Origin: Pseudolabrys sp. | GTDB lineage: Bacteria > Pseudomonadota > Alphaproteobacteria > Rhizobiales > Xanthobacteraceae | Direction of reading: 5' to 3' | Length of the DNA: 64,000 nucleotides | Assembly: GCA_036519515.1 (NCBI GenBank) | Contig: DATDLC010000138.1 | Location: forward strand, 3,636 to 67,635 | Shown: in pieces, positions 10,445 through 21,588 of the stretch | How the letters are laid out: each line of letters begins with the position of its first letter | Position numbering within the stretch: position 1 is the first letter of the stretch | Notes under the pieces: model-generated | What the model saw: the letters and a program-made list of their open reading frames with translations, nothing else | Told to the model about the DNA's origin: nothing | Databases searched by the model: none | Position numbers and translations under genes: made by a program

Positions 10445-11896
10445 ATGACGTTGAAAAAATCGTCCCGTGCGGGGCTCTTTGCTCTCGCCTTCGGGATTTT
10501 GATCGGCCTCTTTCTGAGCGTGGCTACTTATGAAGCTTCCTACGCTCAGGCGCAGGCTCCGGCGGCCGCGCCAGCCGCGGCACCGCCCGCACCGGCGGCT
10601 CCTCCGCCGGCTTGCGCAGCCGACCCAGACCCGAAAAAAGCCGTAACTGAAAAGTGCACGCCCAATTCGGGCGACACCGCGTGGATGCTCACCTCAGTCG
10701 CGTTGGTGCTGATGATGACCATACCCGGCCTTGGCTTGTTCTATGGCGGCATGGTGCGTAAGAAGAACGTCGGCGACACGGTGATGACGAGCTTCGCCGT
10801 CACGTGTCTCGTCACAATCCTCTACGCGATCATCACCTACAGCTTGGCCTTCACTCCAGGCGGGCCATTTATCGGTGGGACGAGCCGCGCATTCCTGCAA
10901 GGCATCCTGAGCGATATCTCGACCGGCACTGGCAACCCAAATGGCCTGGCGCTGACCATTCCTGAGACGGTCTATCTCTGCTTCCAGATGACCTTCGCCA
11001 TCATCACGCCGGCACTTATCGCCGGCGCTTTCGCCGAACGCATGAAGTTCTCTGCCATGCTGTGGTTCATCGGCTTGTGGGCAATTCTGGTCTATGCGCC
11101 AATCGCACATTGGGTCTGGGGCTCGGATGGCTTCATGTCCAACGGTAACTCGGACGCTTATTTCAAGGTGCTCGATTTCGCCGGCGGCACGGTGGTGCAT
11201 ATCAATGCGGGCGTTGCCGGCCTGATGTGCGCGATCTGCCTCGGCAAACGCAAGGATAGCGGCCCGGGCCACAACATGGTGCTCACCTTCATCGGCGCTT
11301 CGCTGCTGTGGGTCGGCTGGTTCGGCTTCAATGCCGGTTCCGCCGTCACCGCCGGCATGCAGGCGGGCATGGCGATGACCGTAACCCAGATCGCCACTGC
11401 TGTTGCGGCCTTCACCTGGATGCTCGTTGAATGGGCTGCCCGCGGCAAACCCACTGTCATCGGCATGTGCTCGGGCGCGGTTGCCGGTCTAGTCGCAATT
11501 ACTCCCGCTTCTGGTTTCGTCGGCCCAGTTGGTGCGATGGCGATCGGCATTGCCGCTGGTGTGTTCTGCTACTGGGGCGTCACCGGCCTCAAGCGCATGC
11601 TTGGTGTGGATGACGCACTCGATTGCTTCGGTGTCCACGCGGTCGGCGGCATCGTCGGCGCGCTGCTCACCGGCGTATTCGCTATCGAGCAATATGGCGG
11701 CACCGCCGGCCTGATCGAGGGCAATGCTGCCCAGATGGTCAACCAGATCCAGGGCATTGTGATTGTATTCGTCTACGATGCCATCGTCTCGCTGATCATC
11801 CTCAAGATCCTTGATGCGATCATCGGCCTGCGCGTGTCCGACGAAGTGGAGCGCGAAGGTCTCGATCTCGCACTGCATGGCGAGACTGTGCAGTAG
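10445..11896 (+). CDS. amtB: Ammonium transporter (second copy)
   Basis: Amt motifs; Pro/Ala-rich N-terminal extension. Confidence 0.95.
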   Translation: MTLKKSSRAGLFALAFGILIGLFLSVATYEASYAQAQAPAAAPAAAPPAPAAPPPACAADPDPKKAVTEKCTPNSGDTAWMLTSVALVLMMTIPGLGLFYGGMVRKKNVGDTVMTSFAVTCLVTILYAIITYSLAFTPGGPFIGGTSRAFLQGILSDISTGTGNPNGLALTIPETVYLCFQMTFAIITPALIAGAFAERMKFSAMLWFIGLWAILVYAPIAHWVWGSDGFMSNGNSDAYFKVLDFAGGTVVHINAGVAGLMCAICLGKRKDSGPGHNMVLTFIGASLLWVGWFGFNAGSAVTAGMQAGMAMTVTQIATAVAAFTWMLVEWAARGKPTVIGMCSGAVAGLVAITPASGFVGPVGAMAIGIAAGVFCYWGVTGLKRMLGVDDALDCFGVHAVGGIVGALLTGVFAIEQYGGTAGLIEGNAAQMVNQIQGIVIVFVYDAIVSLIILKILDAIIGLRVSDEVEREGLDLALHGETVQ

Positions 11897-11946
11897 AGCG
11901 ATCAAACTAGCGGTAGGGGCGGAAACCCGGCACTGTCCCTTCCGTC

Positions 11947-11983
11947 GAGACCCCGGTTCGCAAGGACTGGGGTCTCTCTTTTT
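11947..11983 (+). terminator. Intrinsic terminator after amtB2
   Basis: GAGACCCCGGTTC-GCAA-GGACTGGGGTCTC hairpin followed by TCTTTTT. Confidence 0.85.
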
Positions 11984-12033
11984 GGCCTTCATGTTTGCCC
12001 TGCCATGAGCGAAAACAGCCCGATTTCCGATGG

Positions 12034-12049
12034 TTAATCGGGTCTTAAC
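12034..12049 (+). promoter_or_regulatory. CtrA binding site upstream of the aminotransferase-ftsK operon
   Basis: Perfect TTAA-N7-TTAAC (TTAATCGGGTCTTAAC). Confidence 0.75.
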
Positions 12050-12108
12050 CTCGCCCTCTTTATTGTGTCGAAACCCTGTGCCGCGGGCCCGGCCCGCTGT
12101 GTTGACGC

Positions 12109-13326
12109 ATGTCCATGATGACCGCCAAGCGCGAGCCCACGTCCTCACCTGCTCCAGCGGTCGATTCCCGCTCACCCTTCGTGCGGCTCACCGCGCTCAT
12201 TGCCGGCATCGAGCCCGGCAAGCCTGTCATTAATCTCTCGGTCGGCGAGCCACAGCACCCGATTCCGAACTTCGTCGGCCCGGCGCTTGACGCGCATCTC
12301 GCCGACTTCGGTCGCTATCCCGCCAACAAAGGCATCGAACCGTTTCGCCGCGCGGTCGCCGACTGGCTCGGCCGCCGCTACAAGCTCGCACGCGCGGTCG
12401 ATCCCGAAAATGAAGTGCTGGTGCTCAACGGCACACGCGAGGGCCTGTTCCTTGCAGCGATCGCTGCAAAACGCTGGGTCACGCGTCGCGCGGGCAGGCC
12501 GGCTGTCCTCATTCCAAATCCGTTTTATGCCGCCTACGCCGCCGGCGCACTCGCGGCAGATTGCGAGCCGGTCTATTTGCCGGCGACGCGCGAGAGCGGG
12601 TTCCTGCCCGATCTCGATGCTCTCGATGAGGTGCTGCTGGCGCGTTCGATCGCCTGCTACATAGCATCGCCCTCGAACCCCCAGGGCGCCGTCGCCGACC
12701 GCGCCTATCTCGAGAGGCTTGCAAATCTCGCGCGACGTTTTGGCTTCCTCGTCTTCGCCGACGAATGTTATTGCGAGATCTATAGCGACGAGGCGCCGGC
12801 CGGAATGCTGGAGGCCGGCGGACCCGATTTCGCCAACGTGGTCGTCTTTCACTCGCTTTCGAAGCGCTCGAACCTGCCGGGCCTGCGCGTCGGTTTCGCC
12901 GCTGGCGACCGGCGGTTTCTCGCCCCGTATCTCGAACTGCGCAATATCGCTGCGCCGCAGGTCCCGACACCGGCCCAACATGTGGCCATCGCCGCCTATG
13001 GCGACGAAGCGCACGTAGAAGAGAATCGCAAACTCTATTCGGCGAAATTCGATCTCGCCGATCAGATCGTCGGCGGCCGTTACGGATATGAGCGACCTGC
13101 CGGAGGATTTTTTCTCTGGCTGGACATTTCAAAGTACGGCGGCAGCGAGATGGTGACAAAGAAATTGTGGGCCGAAGCCGGCGTGCGCGTCGTACCGGGA
13201 CGCTACCTCGCGCGCGAACAGAACGACGGCAGCAATCCCGGTGAAGGCTATATCCGGGTCGCCATGGTGCAGGACAAGGAAGCTACGGCGGAGGCGCTGC
13301 ATCGCCTCGTCGCCGTGCTGGGGTAG
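12109..13326 (+). CDS. Class I/II PLP aminotransferase (DapC-like)
   Basis: SPSNPQG, DECY and SLSKRSNLPGLRVGF motifs. Confidence 0.88.
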   Translation: MSMMTAKREPTSSPAPAVDSRSPFVRLTALIAGIEPGKPVINLSVGEPQHPIPNFVGPALDAHLADFGRYPANKGIEPFRRAVADWLGRRYKLARAVDPENEVLVLNGTREGLFLAAIAAKRWVTRRAGRPAVLIPNPFYAAYAAGALAADCEPVYLPATRESGFLPDLDALDEVLLARSIACYIASPSNPQGAVADRAYLERLANLARRFGFLVFADECYCEIYSDEAPAGMLEAGGPDFANVVVFHSLSKRSNLPGLRVGFAAGDRRFLAPYLELRNIAAPQVPTPAQHVAIAAYGDEAHVEENRKLYSAKFDLADQIVGGRYGYERPAGGFFLWLDISKYGGSEMVTKKLWAEAGVRVVPGRYLAREQNDGSNPGEGYIRVAMVQDKEATAEALHRLVAVLG

Positions 13327-13338
13327 GGATGTAATCGC

Positions 13339-15750
13339 ATGCGGGCAGCAGATCGCAGCCTCGACATCATCGCTTTCGTTTCGGAGCACTTCCGCGACAT
13401 CATCCGGCGGCGGCTGAGCGAACTCGCCGGCCTCGCGTTGATCTCGCTGGCGCTGCTCGGCGCCATAGCGCTGGCCACCTGGTCCGTTCAGGATCCCTCT
13501 CTCAGCCATGCCACGCAGAAGCCGATCCACAACCTGCTCGGCTTCCCCGGCGCAATCTTCTCCGATCTGGCGATGCAGTTGCTCGGTCTCGCCTCTATCC
13601 TGCTTCTGGTGCCGGAAGTGCTGCTTGGCTGGCGGCTGCTGTCGCACAGGTCGGTCGGCGAAAAATGGCGCGGCCTGCTGTGGATTGTCGCAACGTTCCT
13701 CGCGGCCGCTTTCGCATCGACCTTGCCGCATATCGGCGCATGGCCGCTTCCGACAGGGCTCGGCGGCGTTGCCGGTGACGCGGTATTGCGCGTGCCGGGC
13801 TGGGCTTTCGGTTCGCCGCTTGGGGGCTTTACGCGCTTCGTCCTGTGCATCGTGTTCGGTCTGGCAACAATGGTAACGCTGGTACTGGCCGCCCGATCGC
13901 CCGATCACGCTGAAAAACCGGTTACGCGTGAGATCGACGACGAGGAGGACAGCGAAAGAGACGAAGCCGACGGCGATCACGCTTCGGCGTGGCTCGGCAT
14001 GATTGTCCACGCGCTTCTGAGCTGGAAAGCGCGCATCGGGCGCATGATCCGCGGTGACGTGCGTGCGCGCACACCGATGCCGGCGGCGCAAAGCCCGCGG
14101 CACGAGCCGCGTTTTGACGGCGGGGACTACGACTCCGAAGACGAGATCGAGGAAGAAGACGATGAGGAGTCCCCGGCGCCCCGCAGGCGCGCCGCCCCGC
14201 GTGCGGCCACGCGTCGCGGCGGGAACGGCTATACCCTGCCTTCGCTCAATCTTCTGGCCGCAGCGCGCGCCAGCGAGCGCACGACGTTGTCGCGCGACAT
14301 CATCGATGGCAACGCGACGGCACTGGAAAGCGTGCTGCAGGACTTCGGCGTGCGCGGCGAGATCATCAATGCGCGCCCGGGACCCGTGGTCACGCTCTAC
14401 GAACTGGAGCCGGCGCCCGGCATCAAATCCTCCCGCGTCATCGGGCTCGCCGACGATATTGCACGCTCGATGAGCGCGGTATCGGCCCGCGTTGCAGTCG
14501 TATCGGGCCGCAATGCCATCGGCATCGAATTGCCCAACCCGACCCGCGAAAAGGTCTATTTGCGCGAGCTGCTGACCGGGATGGACTACAACGAGAGCGC
14601 GGCGAAGCTACCGCTGTGCCTTGGCAAAACGATCGGCGGCGAATCCGTGATCGTCGATCTGTCGCGCATGCCGCATCTGCTGATTGCCGGTACCACCGGC
14701 TCCGGCAAATCGGTCGCGATCAATACAATGATCCTCTCGTTGGTCTATCGGCTGCGTCCGGATCAGTGCCGATTGATCATGGTTGATCCCAAGATGCTCG
14801 AACTGTCCGTCTATGACGGCATCCCGCATCTGCTCACGCCGGTCGTCACCGATCCGAAAAAGGCGGTCGTCGCGCTCAAATGGGCGGTGCGCGAGATGGA
14901 AGGCCGCTACAGGAAAATGTCGAAGCTCGGCGTGCGCAACATTGAAGGCTACAACGCGCGCGTTGCCGAAGCGCGCGCAAAGGGCGAGACGCTCACCCGA
15001 ACTGTTCACACCGGTTACGACAAGGAAACGGGCCAAGCCGTCTACGAGAAGGAAGATCTCGAACTCGATCCGCTGCCCTTCCTGGTGGTGATCGTCGACG
15101 AGATGGCAGACCTGATGATGGTCGCCGGCAAGGATATTGAAGGCGCGATTCAGCGTCTTGCGCAGATGGCGCGCGCCGCCGGCATTCACGTCATACTGGC
15201 AACGCAACGGCCTTCGGTTGACGTGATCACCGGCACCATCAAGGCGAATTTCCCGACCCGCATCTCGTTCCAGGTCACCTCCAAGATCGACAGCCGCACT
15301 ATCCTGGGCGAACAGGGTGCCGAACAACTGCTCGGCCAGGGTGACATGCTTTACATGGCGGGTGGCGGCCGGATCAGCCGCGTGCACGGACCCTTCGTAT
15401 CGGATGACGAAGTCGAGAAAGTGGTGCGCCACCTGAAGGCGCAGGGCGTGCCGGAATATCTCGAAGAAGTGACGCAGGGCGGCGAAGAAGACGAGGATGG
15501 AAATCCCGTATTCGATTCGACCGGCATGGGGCTCGCGGAAGGCGGCGACATCTATCAGCAGGCCGTCGCCATCGTGAAGCGCGACCGCAAGGCCTCCACC
15601 TCCTACATCCAGCGCCGCCTCCAGATCGGCTACAATCGCGCGGCGACTATCATGGAGCGCATGGAGGAAGAAGGGATCGTCGGGCAGGCCAACCACGCGG
15701 GCAAGCGCGAAATCCTGATTCCGGAAAATCCGTCCGACGACCGCTATTGA
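13339..15750 (+). CDS. ftsK: DNA translocase FtsK
   Basis: N-terminal TM domain, Walker [21 protein letters not shown] and gamma domain [15 protein letters not shown]. Confidence 0.97.
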   Translation: MRAADRSLDIIAFVSEHFRDIIRRRLSELAGLALISLALLGAIALATWSVQDPSLSHATQKPIHNLLGFPGAIFSDLAMQLLGLASILLLVPEVLLGWRLLSHRSVGEKWRGLLWIVATFLAAAFASTLPHIGAWPLPTGLGGVAGDAVLRVPGWAFGSPLGGFTRFVLCIVFGLATMVTLVLAARSPDHAEKPVTREIDDEEDSERDEADGDHASAWLGMIVHALLSWKARIGRMIRGDVRARTPMPAAQSPRHEPRFDGGDYDSEDEIEEEDDEESPAPRRRAAPRAATRRGGNGYTLPSLNLLAAARASERTTLSRDIIDGNATALESVLQDFGVRGEIINARPGPVVTLYELEPAPGIKSSRVIGLADDIARSMSAVSARVAVVSGRNAIGIELPNPTREKVYLRELLTGMDYNESAAKLPLCLGKTIGGESVIVDLSRMPHLLIAGTTGSGKSVAINTMILSLVYRLRPDQCRLIMVDPKMLELSVYDGIPHLLTPVVTDPKKAVVALKWAVREMEGRYRKMSKLGVRNIEGYNARVAEARAKGETLTRTVHTGYDKETGQAVYEKEDLELDPLPFLVVIVDEMADLMMVAGKDIEGAIQRLAQMARAAGIHVILATQRPSVDVITGTIKANFPTRISFQVTSKIDSRTILGEQGAEQLLGQGDMLYMAGGGRISRVHGPFVSDDEVEKVVRHLKAQGVPEYLEEVTQGGEEDEDGNPVFDSTGMGLAEGGDIYQQAVAIVKRDRKASTSYIQRRLQIGYNRAATIMERMEEEGIVGQANHAGKREILIPENPSDDRY

Positions 15751-15871
15751 GAATCGCCGGATTCGCGATTAAGCCGAATTCAGGCGAATTGCGTTGGGGG
15801 CCGCGAAATCGCCACAGCCGGCCCATATACAGACTATCGAGATACCGCAGGGGCGCGAGGCAGAGGACGTT

Positions 15872-16681
15872 ATGGCAGAGCAACAGAGGCGAGCGGCCTG
15901 CAAAGTGGCATTTGTAGTGTTGTTTGCCTGTCTTGCGGCCCCGGCCATTGCCCAGGTTCCTCTCCCGTCCGCGCGCCCCTCCGCTTCGCAGGCCCAGGCG
16001 AGCCCCCCGGCTCCTGCGCCTGCCGGCAAGCCCGCTGCCCCGATTCCAGGTCGCCAGAGCGCGCCGGCGCCGCAATCGCCGAGCCCTGTGTTCAATCCAT
16101 TCGCCGCCTTGCTCGGCAAACCCACCGCCCCGAACAACCTGAGCGCGGAACAGCGCGCCATCGTCGAACGCGTCAACGGCTACCTCTCCGGAGTGCAGGC
16201 GCTGTCGGGAAAATTCATCCAGATCGGTCCGGACGGCACGCGAACCCAGGGTGATTTCGTCATTTCCAAGCCGGGCCGGGTGCGCTTCGAATATGACGAC
16301 CCAAGCCCCATCGAGCTGATTGCCGACGGTTCATCGGTGGTGGTGCGCGATCGCCGGCTCGCGACCCAGGACGTCTACCCGTTGTCGCAGACGCCGTTGC
16401 GGTTTCTGCTGGCCGATCGCGTCGATCTTTCGAAGGATACGCACCTGGTCGCCGTCTATGCCGATGACGTATTCGTCACCGTCGTGGTCGAGGAAAAGAG
16501 CGGCATTGTGGGCACCAGCCGGCTCATGATCATGTTCAGCGCCAAGGATATGCAGCTCAAACAATGGACCGTCACCGACCCGCAGGGCTATGACACGACC
16601 GTTGCCGTGTACAATCTCGACACAAGCAAGCGTCCGGATCCGGCATTGTTCAAGATAGACTATACGCGCTACCACAATTGA
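15872..16681 (+). CDS. lolA: Outer-membrane lipoprotein carrier LolA
   Basis: KPGRVRFEY and YPLSQTPLRFLL motifs; located after ftsK. Confidence 0.88.
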   Translation: MAEQQRRAACKVAFVVLFACLAAPAIAQVPLPSARPSASQAQASPPAPAPAGKPAAPIPGRQSAPAPQSPSPVFNPFAALLGKPTAPNNLSAEQRAIVERVNGYLSGVQALSGKFIQIGPDGTRTQGDFVISKPGRVRFEYDDPSPIELIADGSSVVVRDRRLATQDVYPLSQTPLRFLLADRVDLSKDTHLVAVYADDVFVTVVVEEKSGIVGTSRLMIMFSAKDMQLKQWTVTDPQGYDTTVAVYNLDTSKRPDPALFKIDYTRYHN

Positions 16682-16704
16682 AATTGCTCACGTGAGCGAA
16701 GCGA

Positions 16705-16783
16705 CGGCCCGGCCTTGTGTCGGGCATCTTCGTTTCTGCGGCCGCAAATTAAGACGTGGATGGCCGAGCGAATCCCGGCCGTG
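16705..16783. repeat. Degenerate copy of the REP/RIME-like palindrome
   Basis: GGCCTTGTGTCGGGCATC...AAGACGTGGATGGCC matches the 2947-3034 element. Confidence 0.7.
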
Positions 16784-16822
16784 TGATTGGAAATTCCGTC
16801 TCCTGCATCATAGATTCCCGCG

Positions 16823-17641
16823 ATGCCTCTGAAGATAACGACCTGGAATATCAACTCGGTCCGGTTGCGTATCGATCTTGTCGCCAGGTTTCTGAAAGGC
16901 GCTCAACCCGATGTGCTCTGCCTGCAGGAGACCAAGTGTCCGGACGATGCCTTTCCGATGAAACGCTTCAAGCGTCTCGGCTACGAGCACGCGGCGCTCA
17001 ACGGACAGAAAGGCTATCACGGGGTTGCCGTGCTCTCGCGCGTGCCGTTCGAGCGGATCGACGTGCAGAACTTTTGCGGCAAAGTGGACTGCCGGCATAT
17101 TTCGGTGGTGATGGGAGAGCGAGCCGGGCTGAAAGAGCAAGTCACCCTGCATAATTTTTATGTTCCCGCCGGCGGGGACGAGCCCGATCCCGAGATCAAT
17201 CCGAAATTCCAGCACAAGCTCGGTTTCCTCGATGAAATGCGCGCGCATGCCGGCCTGAAACCGGAAAAATCCGAGCGCGCGATCCTCGTGGGCGATCTCA
17301 ACGTCGCGCCGCTCGAGCACGACGTGTGGAGTCACAAGCAGATGATCAGGGTGGTTTCTCACACGCCGGTCGAATGCGAGAAACTCGTTGCCGCGCAAAA
17401 GTCGGGCGGCTGGATCGACTGCATGCGCGTGCATACGCCGGAGCCCGAAAAGCTCTACACGTGGTGGAGCTACCGCGCGATGGACAACTGGCGTGCCGCC
17501 GATCGCGGCCGCAGGCTCGATCATGTCTGGGCTTCGGATGCGCTCGCCGGGCAAGTATCGACGATCGACATCGCCAAGAGCTATCGCGGCGCGAAGCGGC
17601 CCTCCGACCACGTGCCGGTGACGGCAACGATCGAATTATAG
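16823..17641 (+). CDS. xth: Exodeoxyribonuclease III
   Basis: TWNINSVR, LQETK, GDLNVAP, YTWWSYR and SDHVPV motifs. Confidence 0.95.
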   Translation: MPLKITTWNINSVRLRIDLVARFLKGAQPDVLCLQETKCPDDAFPMKRFKRLGYEHAALNGQKGYHGVAVLSRVPFERIDVQNFCGKVDCRHISVVMGERAGLKEQVTLHNFYVPAGGDEPDPEINPKFQHKLGFLDEMRAHAGLKPEKSERAILVGDLNVAPLEHDVWSHKQMIRVVSHTPVECEKLVAAQKSGGWIDCMRVHTPEPEKLYTWWSYRAMDNWRAADRGRRLDHVWASDALAGQVSTIDIAKSYRGAKRPSDHVPVTATIEL

Positions 17642-17644
17642 CCG

Positions 17645-18109
17645 CTAGCTCTTCTCGCCTTTTTCCAGCGCGCGTTTCACGCCTGCGAGCTCTTTTGACC
17701 AGACCTGCAGACGCTCGGCCATGCTCTCGCGCAATTTGTCCGCGGCATGCGGATAGCCCTCCAGCATCTTGCGGAAAAGGCTGCGTGATATCCGCACGAC
17801 GACCGTCGGTTCTTTCGCTATTGCCGTTGCCTGACAGACCGTGTTGGTGAGCAAGGCCAGTTCGCCCACCAGCGTGCCCGGACCGACCGTGACTTCCCTG
17901 CCCTCCGCCGCCGAGCCCGGTTCAAGCAGCAACGACCCCTCCTGCACGACGTAACCGCCGTCGGCAAGCTCGCCGGCATAAAACAGCACTGCCCCACTTT
18001 GCAGATGCCGTGTCTCGGCGCCGATTGCGAGAATGCGCAGTGCCTGTTTGCCGAGCGCCGCCAGCGGCGGCACTTGTTCGAAAAATGCGATGTCGTCTTC
18101 GAGACCCAT
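17645..18109 (-). CDS. Cyclic nucleotide-binding domain protein
   Basis: LFYAGELADGGYVVQEG...GELALL motif. Confidence 0.85.
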   Translation of the reverse strand: MGLEDDIAFFEQVPPLAALGKQALRILAIGAETRHLQSGAVLFYAGELADGGYVVQEGSLLLEPGSAAEGREVTVGPGTLVGELALLTNTVCQATAIAKEPTVVVRISRSLFRKMLEGYPHAADKLRESMAERLQVWSKELAGVKRALEKGEKS

Positions 18110-18215
18110 GGCTACGGCAAGGTCATGGCCGACGCTCGCGGCTGCTTTACCGTCCGTCTGCCCAAAAGCGGGCACCGCCAATCATGAGCGGACTGCGACT
18201 GCCGTTGCGTTATTC

Positions 18216-18902
18216 TCACGGCACCAGCTTATAGCCGCCGGCTTCCGTCACCAAGATCGCCGGCATGGCGGCATCCTTTTCGACCTTCTGGCGCAGGCGG
18301 TAAATGTGCGTTTCGAGCGTATGGGTGGTCACGCCCGAATTGTAACCCCAGACTTCCTGCAACAGAGTCTCGCGCGATACCGGTTTTTGCCCGGCCCGGT
18401 AAAGGTAGCGCAGGATCGCCGTTTCCTTTTCCGTCAGCCGCACTTTGCTCCCCTTCGGGCTGAGCAGCAATTTCGAGCTCGGCCTGAACGTGTAAGGCCC
18501 GATGGCGAATACGGCGTCTTCGCTTGCCTCGTGTTGCCGAAGCTGTGCGCGGATGCGCGCAAGCAACACTGCAAACCGGAACGGCTTGGTAATGTAATCG
18601 TTCGCGCCGGATTCGAGACCGAGGATCGTGTCAGAATCGGTGTCGTGACCGGTCAGCATGATAATCGGCGCCTTGAAACCATTTTTGCGCAAGATGCGCA
18701 CCGCTTCACGGCCATCCACATCCGGAAGGCCGACATCCATGATCACAAGGTCCACCTGGCCGTTCTTCGCGGCCTGCACGCCCTTGGTCCCGCTGTCGAC
18801 CGAGATCGCATCGAATTCCTCGTGCAGCGCCAATTGCTCGACCAGCGCGTCGCGAAGTTCGGCATCATCATCGACGATCAGGATTGTCCGCCTATTGGCC
18901 AT
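18216..18902 (-). CDS. OmpR-family response regulator (CenR-like)
   Basis: Receiver domain plus winged helix ending THTLETHIYRLRQK; context matches alphaproteobacterial cenR. Confidence 0.88.
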   Translation of the reverse strand: MANRRTILIVDDDAELRDALVEQLALHEEFDAISVDSGTKGVQAAKNGQVDLVIMDVGLPDVDGREAVRILRKNGFKAPIIMLTGHDTDSDTILGLESGANDYITKPFRFAVLLARIRAQLRQHEASEDAVFAIGPYTFRPSSKLLLSPKGSKVRLTEKETAILRYLYRAGQKPVSRETLLQEVWGYNSGVTTHTLETHIYRLRQKVEKDAAMPAILVTEAGGYKLVP

Positions 18903-19026
18903 CGTTTAAAGGCCCCTCCAAAGGCCCATGAAATGAGGCCCTTGTCATTGTCGCGCAGTACAACATTCAGCGCTAAAAGAGCAAGCAGGAACTGATACTC
19001 AAGATTCAAACGATCCAGTTTCATCA

Positions 19027-19557
19027 ATGCAGAAACGATCCCTGTCCCGGATCACAGTACGCCGCAAGGCAGGCGATTCAAGCCGCGGCTGGCTCATAGC
19101 AGGAATGCTGGCGTTACCAGTGGCACTCGGTCGTGGCGGGATCAAGGCCAACAAACGCGAGGGCGACGGTGGCACGCCGCGCGGCAGTTTTCGACTGAGG
19201 CAGCTTTGGTGGCGGGCCGACAAGCACCCACGGCCGGCCACTTCACTGCCGGTACAACGTATCACGCCGGCCGACGGATGGTGCGAGAACCCCGCCGACC
19301 GCCGCTACAATCGCCCGATCAAAGTGCCTGCCGATGCGGCCGCCGACCGGCTCACGCGCAAGGATAATCTCTACGATTTCATTATCGAGATCGATCACAA
19401 CACACGTCCGCGCATTGCAGGACGCGGCAGCGCGGTGTTCATCCACGCAGCCAGGAAGGGCTTTGCCCCGACCGCCGGCTGCGTTGCCCTTGAACTTGGC
19501 GCTTTGCGGAAAATCCTGTCGCGTCTCGGTCCACACACCAGAATCGTGGTCGAGTAG
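19027..19557 (+). CDS. L,D-transpeptidase (YkuD-like) family protein
   Basis: KREGDGGTP and GSAVFIH...PTAGCVA motifs. Confidence 0.85.
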   Translation: MQKRSLSRITVRRKAGDSSRGWLIAGMLALPVALGRGGIKANKREGDGGTPRGSFRLRQLWWRADKHPRPATSLPVQRITPADGWCENPADRRYNRPIKVPADAAADRLTRKDNLYDFIIEIDHNTRPRIAGRGSAVFIHAARKGFAPTAGCVALELGALRKILSRLGPHTRIVVE

Positions 19558-19560
19558 CCG

Positions 19561-20232
19561 CTACTTCGCGCGCTCGCCGAAAATCGCGCTGCCGACACGA
19601 ACGTGCGTCGCGCCAAGCGCAATTGCGGCGGCAAAATCCGCGCTCATACCCATTGAGAGGAGCTTCAATCCGTTCCGCCTGGCGATCTTTGCTGTCAGCG
19701 CAAAATGCGGCCCGGGCGCTTCCTCGAGCGGAGGTATGCACATCAGCCCGGAGATTGTGAGCCCGTATTTATCGCGACTCGCCGCCAGAAATGCATCCGC
19801 ATCCTGAGGCAGGATGCCGGCTTTTTGCGGCTCGGCACCGGTATTGATTTCGGCAAACAGTGTTGGTCGCCGTTGCTGTTTGCCAATTTCTTTCGAGAGC
19901 GCCTCGCAGAGACTCGCGCGATCGACGGAATGAATCGCATCGAAAAGCGCGACTGCTTCTTTCGCCTTGTTCGATTGCAGCGGACCAATGAGATGCAATT
20001 CGATGCTCGGGTGCTTCGAAAGCAAGGATGGCCATTTTCCTTTCGCCTCCTGCACGCGATTTTCCCCGAACACGCGTTGGCCCGCACCGATTGCCGGCTC
20101 GATCGCGTCTGCGGTGAATGTCTTTGAAACCGCAATCAGCGTCACGTCGGCCGGATCGCGACCGGCATCGCGGCAGGCGCGCGCGATTTCCGTCCGGACA
20201 TGCTCAAGATTTTTCGAGGTGGCAGCGGCCAT
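19561..20232 (-). CDS. yggS: YggS family PLP homeostasis protein
   Basis: AVSKT, FGENRVQE, HLIGPLQSNK, LSMGMS and VRVGSAIFG motifs. Confidence 0.95.
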   Translation of the reverse strand: MAAATSKNLEHVRTEIARACRDAGRDPADVTLIAVSKTFTADAIEPAIGAGQRVFGENRVQEAKGKWPSLLSKHPSIELHLIGPLQSNKAKEAVALFDAIHSVDRASLCEALSKEIGKQQRRPTLFAEINTGAEPQKAGILPQDADAFLAASRDKYGLTISGLMCIPPLEEAPGPHFALTAKIARRNGLKLLSMGMSADFAAAIALGATHVRVGSAIFGERAK

Positions 20233-20269
20233 GCGCTGCCTATATCCCACCGCGCCGCCCGCCGCCACT

Positions 20270-21025
20270 TCAAATGAAGGGCCGGGGACGATGTTGAGGA
20301 ATTTCGCTCCCGGCGATGTTCATCAGCATCGGGCGATCGACGATTTCAAATATCCGATCTTTCCAGCGAACGGCGTTGGAGATGAATAACCGTTTGAGCG
20401 TCTTGTTGGTGTGAACCAGCGACATGCCGAGCGTATCGGCGAGGTGCTGTTGGGTGAACGGAAACTGGATGCTTCCGTTTTTGACCAGGCCTGCTTCTTC
20501 CGCCCGCACATAAAGATGCAGGAGCAGATAGGCCGCGCGCTCAAGCGCGGTGCGCCGGCCGAGGCTCAAGAGATGCTCGTCAATAAGTTGCTCCTCGCGT
20601 GCAGCCAGCCACGTGATGTCGAAAGCCAGCGAGGGAAGCTTGCTGTAGAGATCCCATAGTTTCGATCGGGGGAAGACACACAGGACGAGTGGCGTCAGCG
20701 CTTCAACCGAATGCTCCATTTCATGCATCAGGGCGCCCTGCAGGCCGAGCATATCGGCGGGCAATGCGTAGTTGAGAATTTGCCGGCGTCCGTCGTCGAG
20801 CATTTTGTAGCGAAACGCCCAGCCCGTAAGCACCGTGTAGAGATATTCGCTTCGCGTCCCTTCGCGTAGAAAGCTTGCACCCGCATCGACGCGGAGCTCG
20901 TCAACCTTTAGCGTTCTTACGAACGCAAGTTCTTCAGCGGAGAATTCGCGTAATGCCGGCCGCTTTCGCAGCGGACATTGGTCGCAAGGGGTGAATCCGT
21001 TTGGCCGTCCGTTTCCCAGAATCAT
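20270..21025 (-). CDS. Crp/Fnr family transcriptional regulator
   Basis: cNMP-like domain plus HTH TQQHLADTLGMSLVHTNKTL. Confidence 0.92.
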   Translation of the reverse strand: MILGNGRPNGFTPCDQCPLRKRPALREFSAEELAFVRTLKVDELRVDAGASFLREGTRSEYLYTVLTGWAFRYKMLDDGRRQILNYALPADMLGLQGALMHEMEHSVEALTPLVLCVFPRSKLWDLYSKLPSLAFDITWLAAREEQLIDEHLLSLGRRTALERAAYLLLHLYVRAEEAGLVKNGSIQFPFTQQHLADTLGMSLVHTNKTLKRLFISNAVRWKDRIFEIVDRPMLMNIAGSEIPQHRPRPFI

Positions 21026-21191
21026 GGCAGGCCCCCTGCCGGCTTCAGAAAAATCGTCTCCGCGAGAGGCTATGCAAATTGACCGTTACAAGCCTAAACA
21101 TGAATTTTCGCGGCCTATGTCATTTTTAAATGCTGTCCGATTCAATCCGTAGGACAAAAGAAAGTTCAATCGGGAGAAATAGCCTTTGCCT

Positions 21192-21587
21192 ATGTCGGAT
21201 AGCTTGCTTAGCGGCAAGCGCTATCTTGTCCTGGACGACGAATTCCTCATCGCACTCGACATCCAGCAGATACTTGAGCTTGCCGGTGCAAAGCACGTGG
21301 CATCTGTCGCGACCGCGTCCGAGGCCATCGAGCTGGTGCGGCGTGAGCCGAAATTCGATCTCGCCGTCCTCGACCTGAAGCTGAGCGGGCCGGACGACAA
21401 CAGCGTTGGTGTTGCAAGTCTGCTTGCAAAAAAAGGCACGCCGTTTGTATTTCTGACCGGAATGCGCGTCGACAACGTGCACGCCAGGCAATTCCCGCAA
21501 GCACCGGTCATCGAGAAGCCTTACGACGCCCAGGTACTGCTCGACGCGGTGCGCCGCGCGCTCACCACCAAGCGCGCGGAGCCGTAA
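21192..21587 (+). CDS. Single-domain response regulator (FATGUY/SdrG-MrrA-like)
   Basis: DDEFLIAL, AVLD, PFVFLTG and EKPY motifs. Confidence 0.85.
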   Translation: MSDSLLSGKRYLVLDDEFLIALDIQQILELAGAKHVASVATASEAIELVRREPKFDLAVLDLKLSGPDDNSVGVASLLAKKGTPFVFLTGMRVDNVHARQFPQAPVIEKPYDAQVLLDAVRRALTTKRAEP

Positions 21588-21588
21588 G

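Noticed and set aside
10548-10620. Pro/Ala-rich repetitive DNA in amtB2 (similar tracts in lolA and mltA)
   Set aside because: These are ordinary low-complexity linkers.
11900-11946. Hairpin before the amtB2 terminator considered as a riboswitch or sRNA
   Set aside because: It has no recognisable family motif and lies in a 3' UTR position.
20960-21025. CxxC in the Crp/Fnr protein read as an FNR Fe-S sensor
   Set aside because: The full FNR cysteine pattern and the FNR-type recognition helix are absent.
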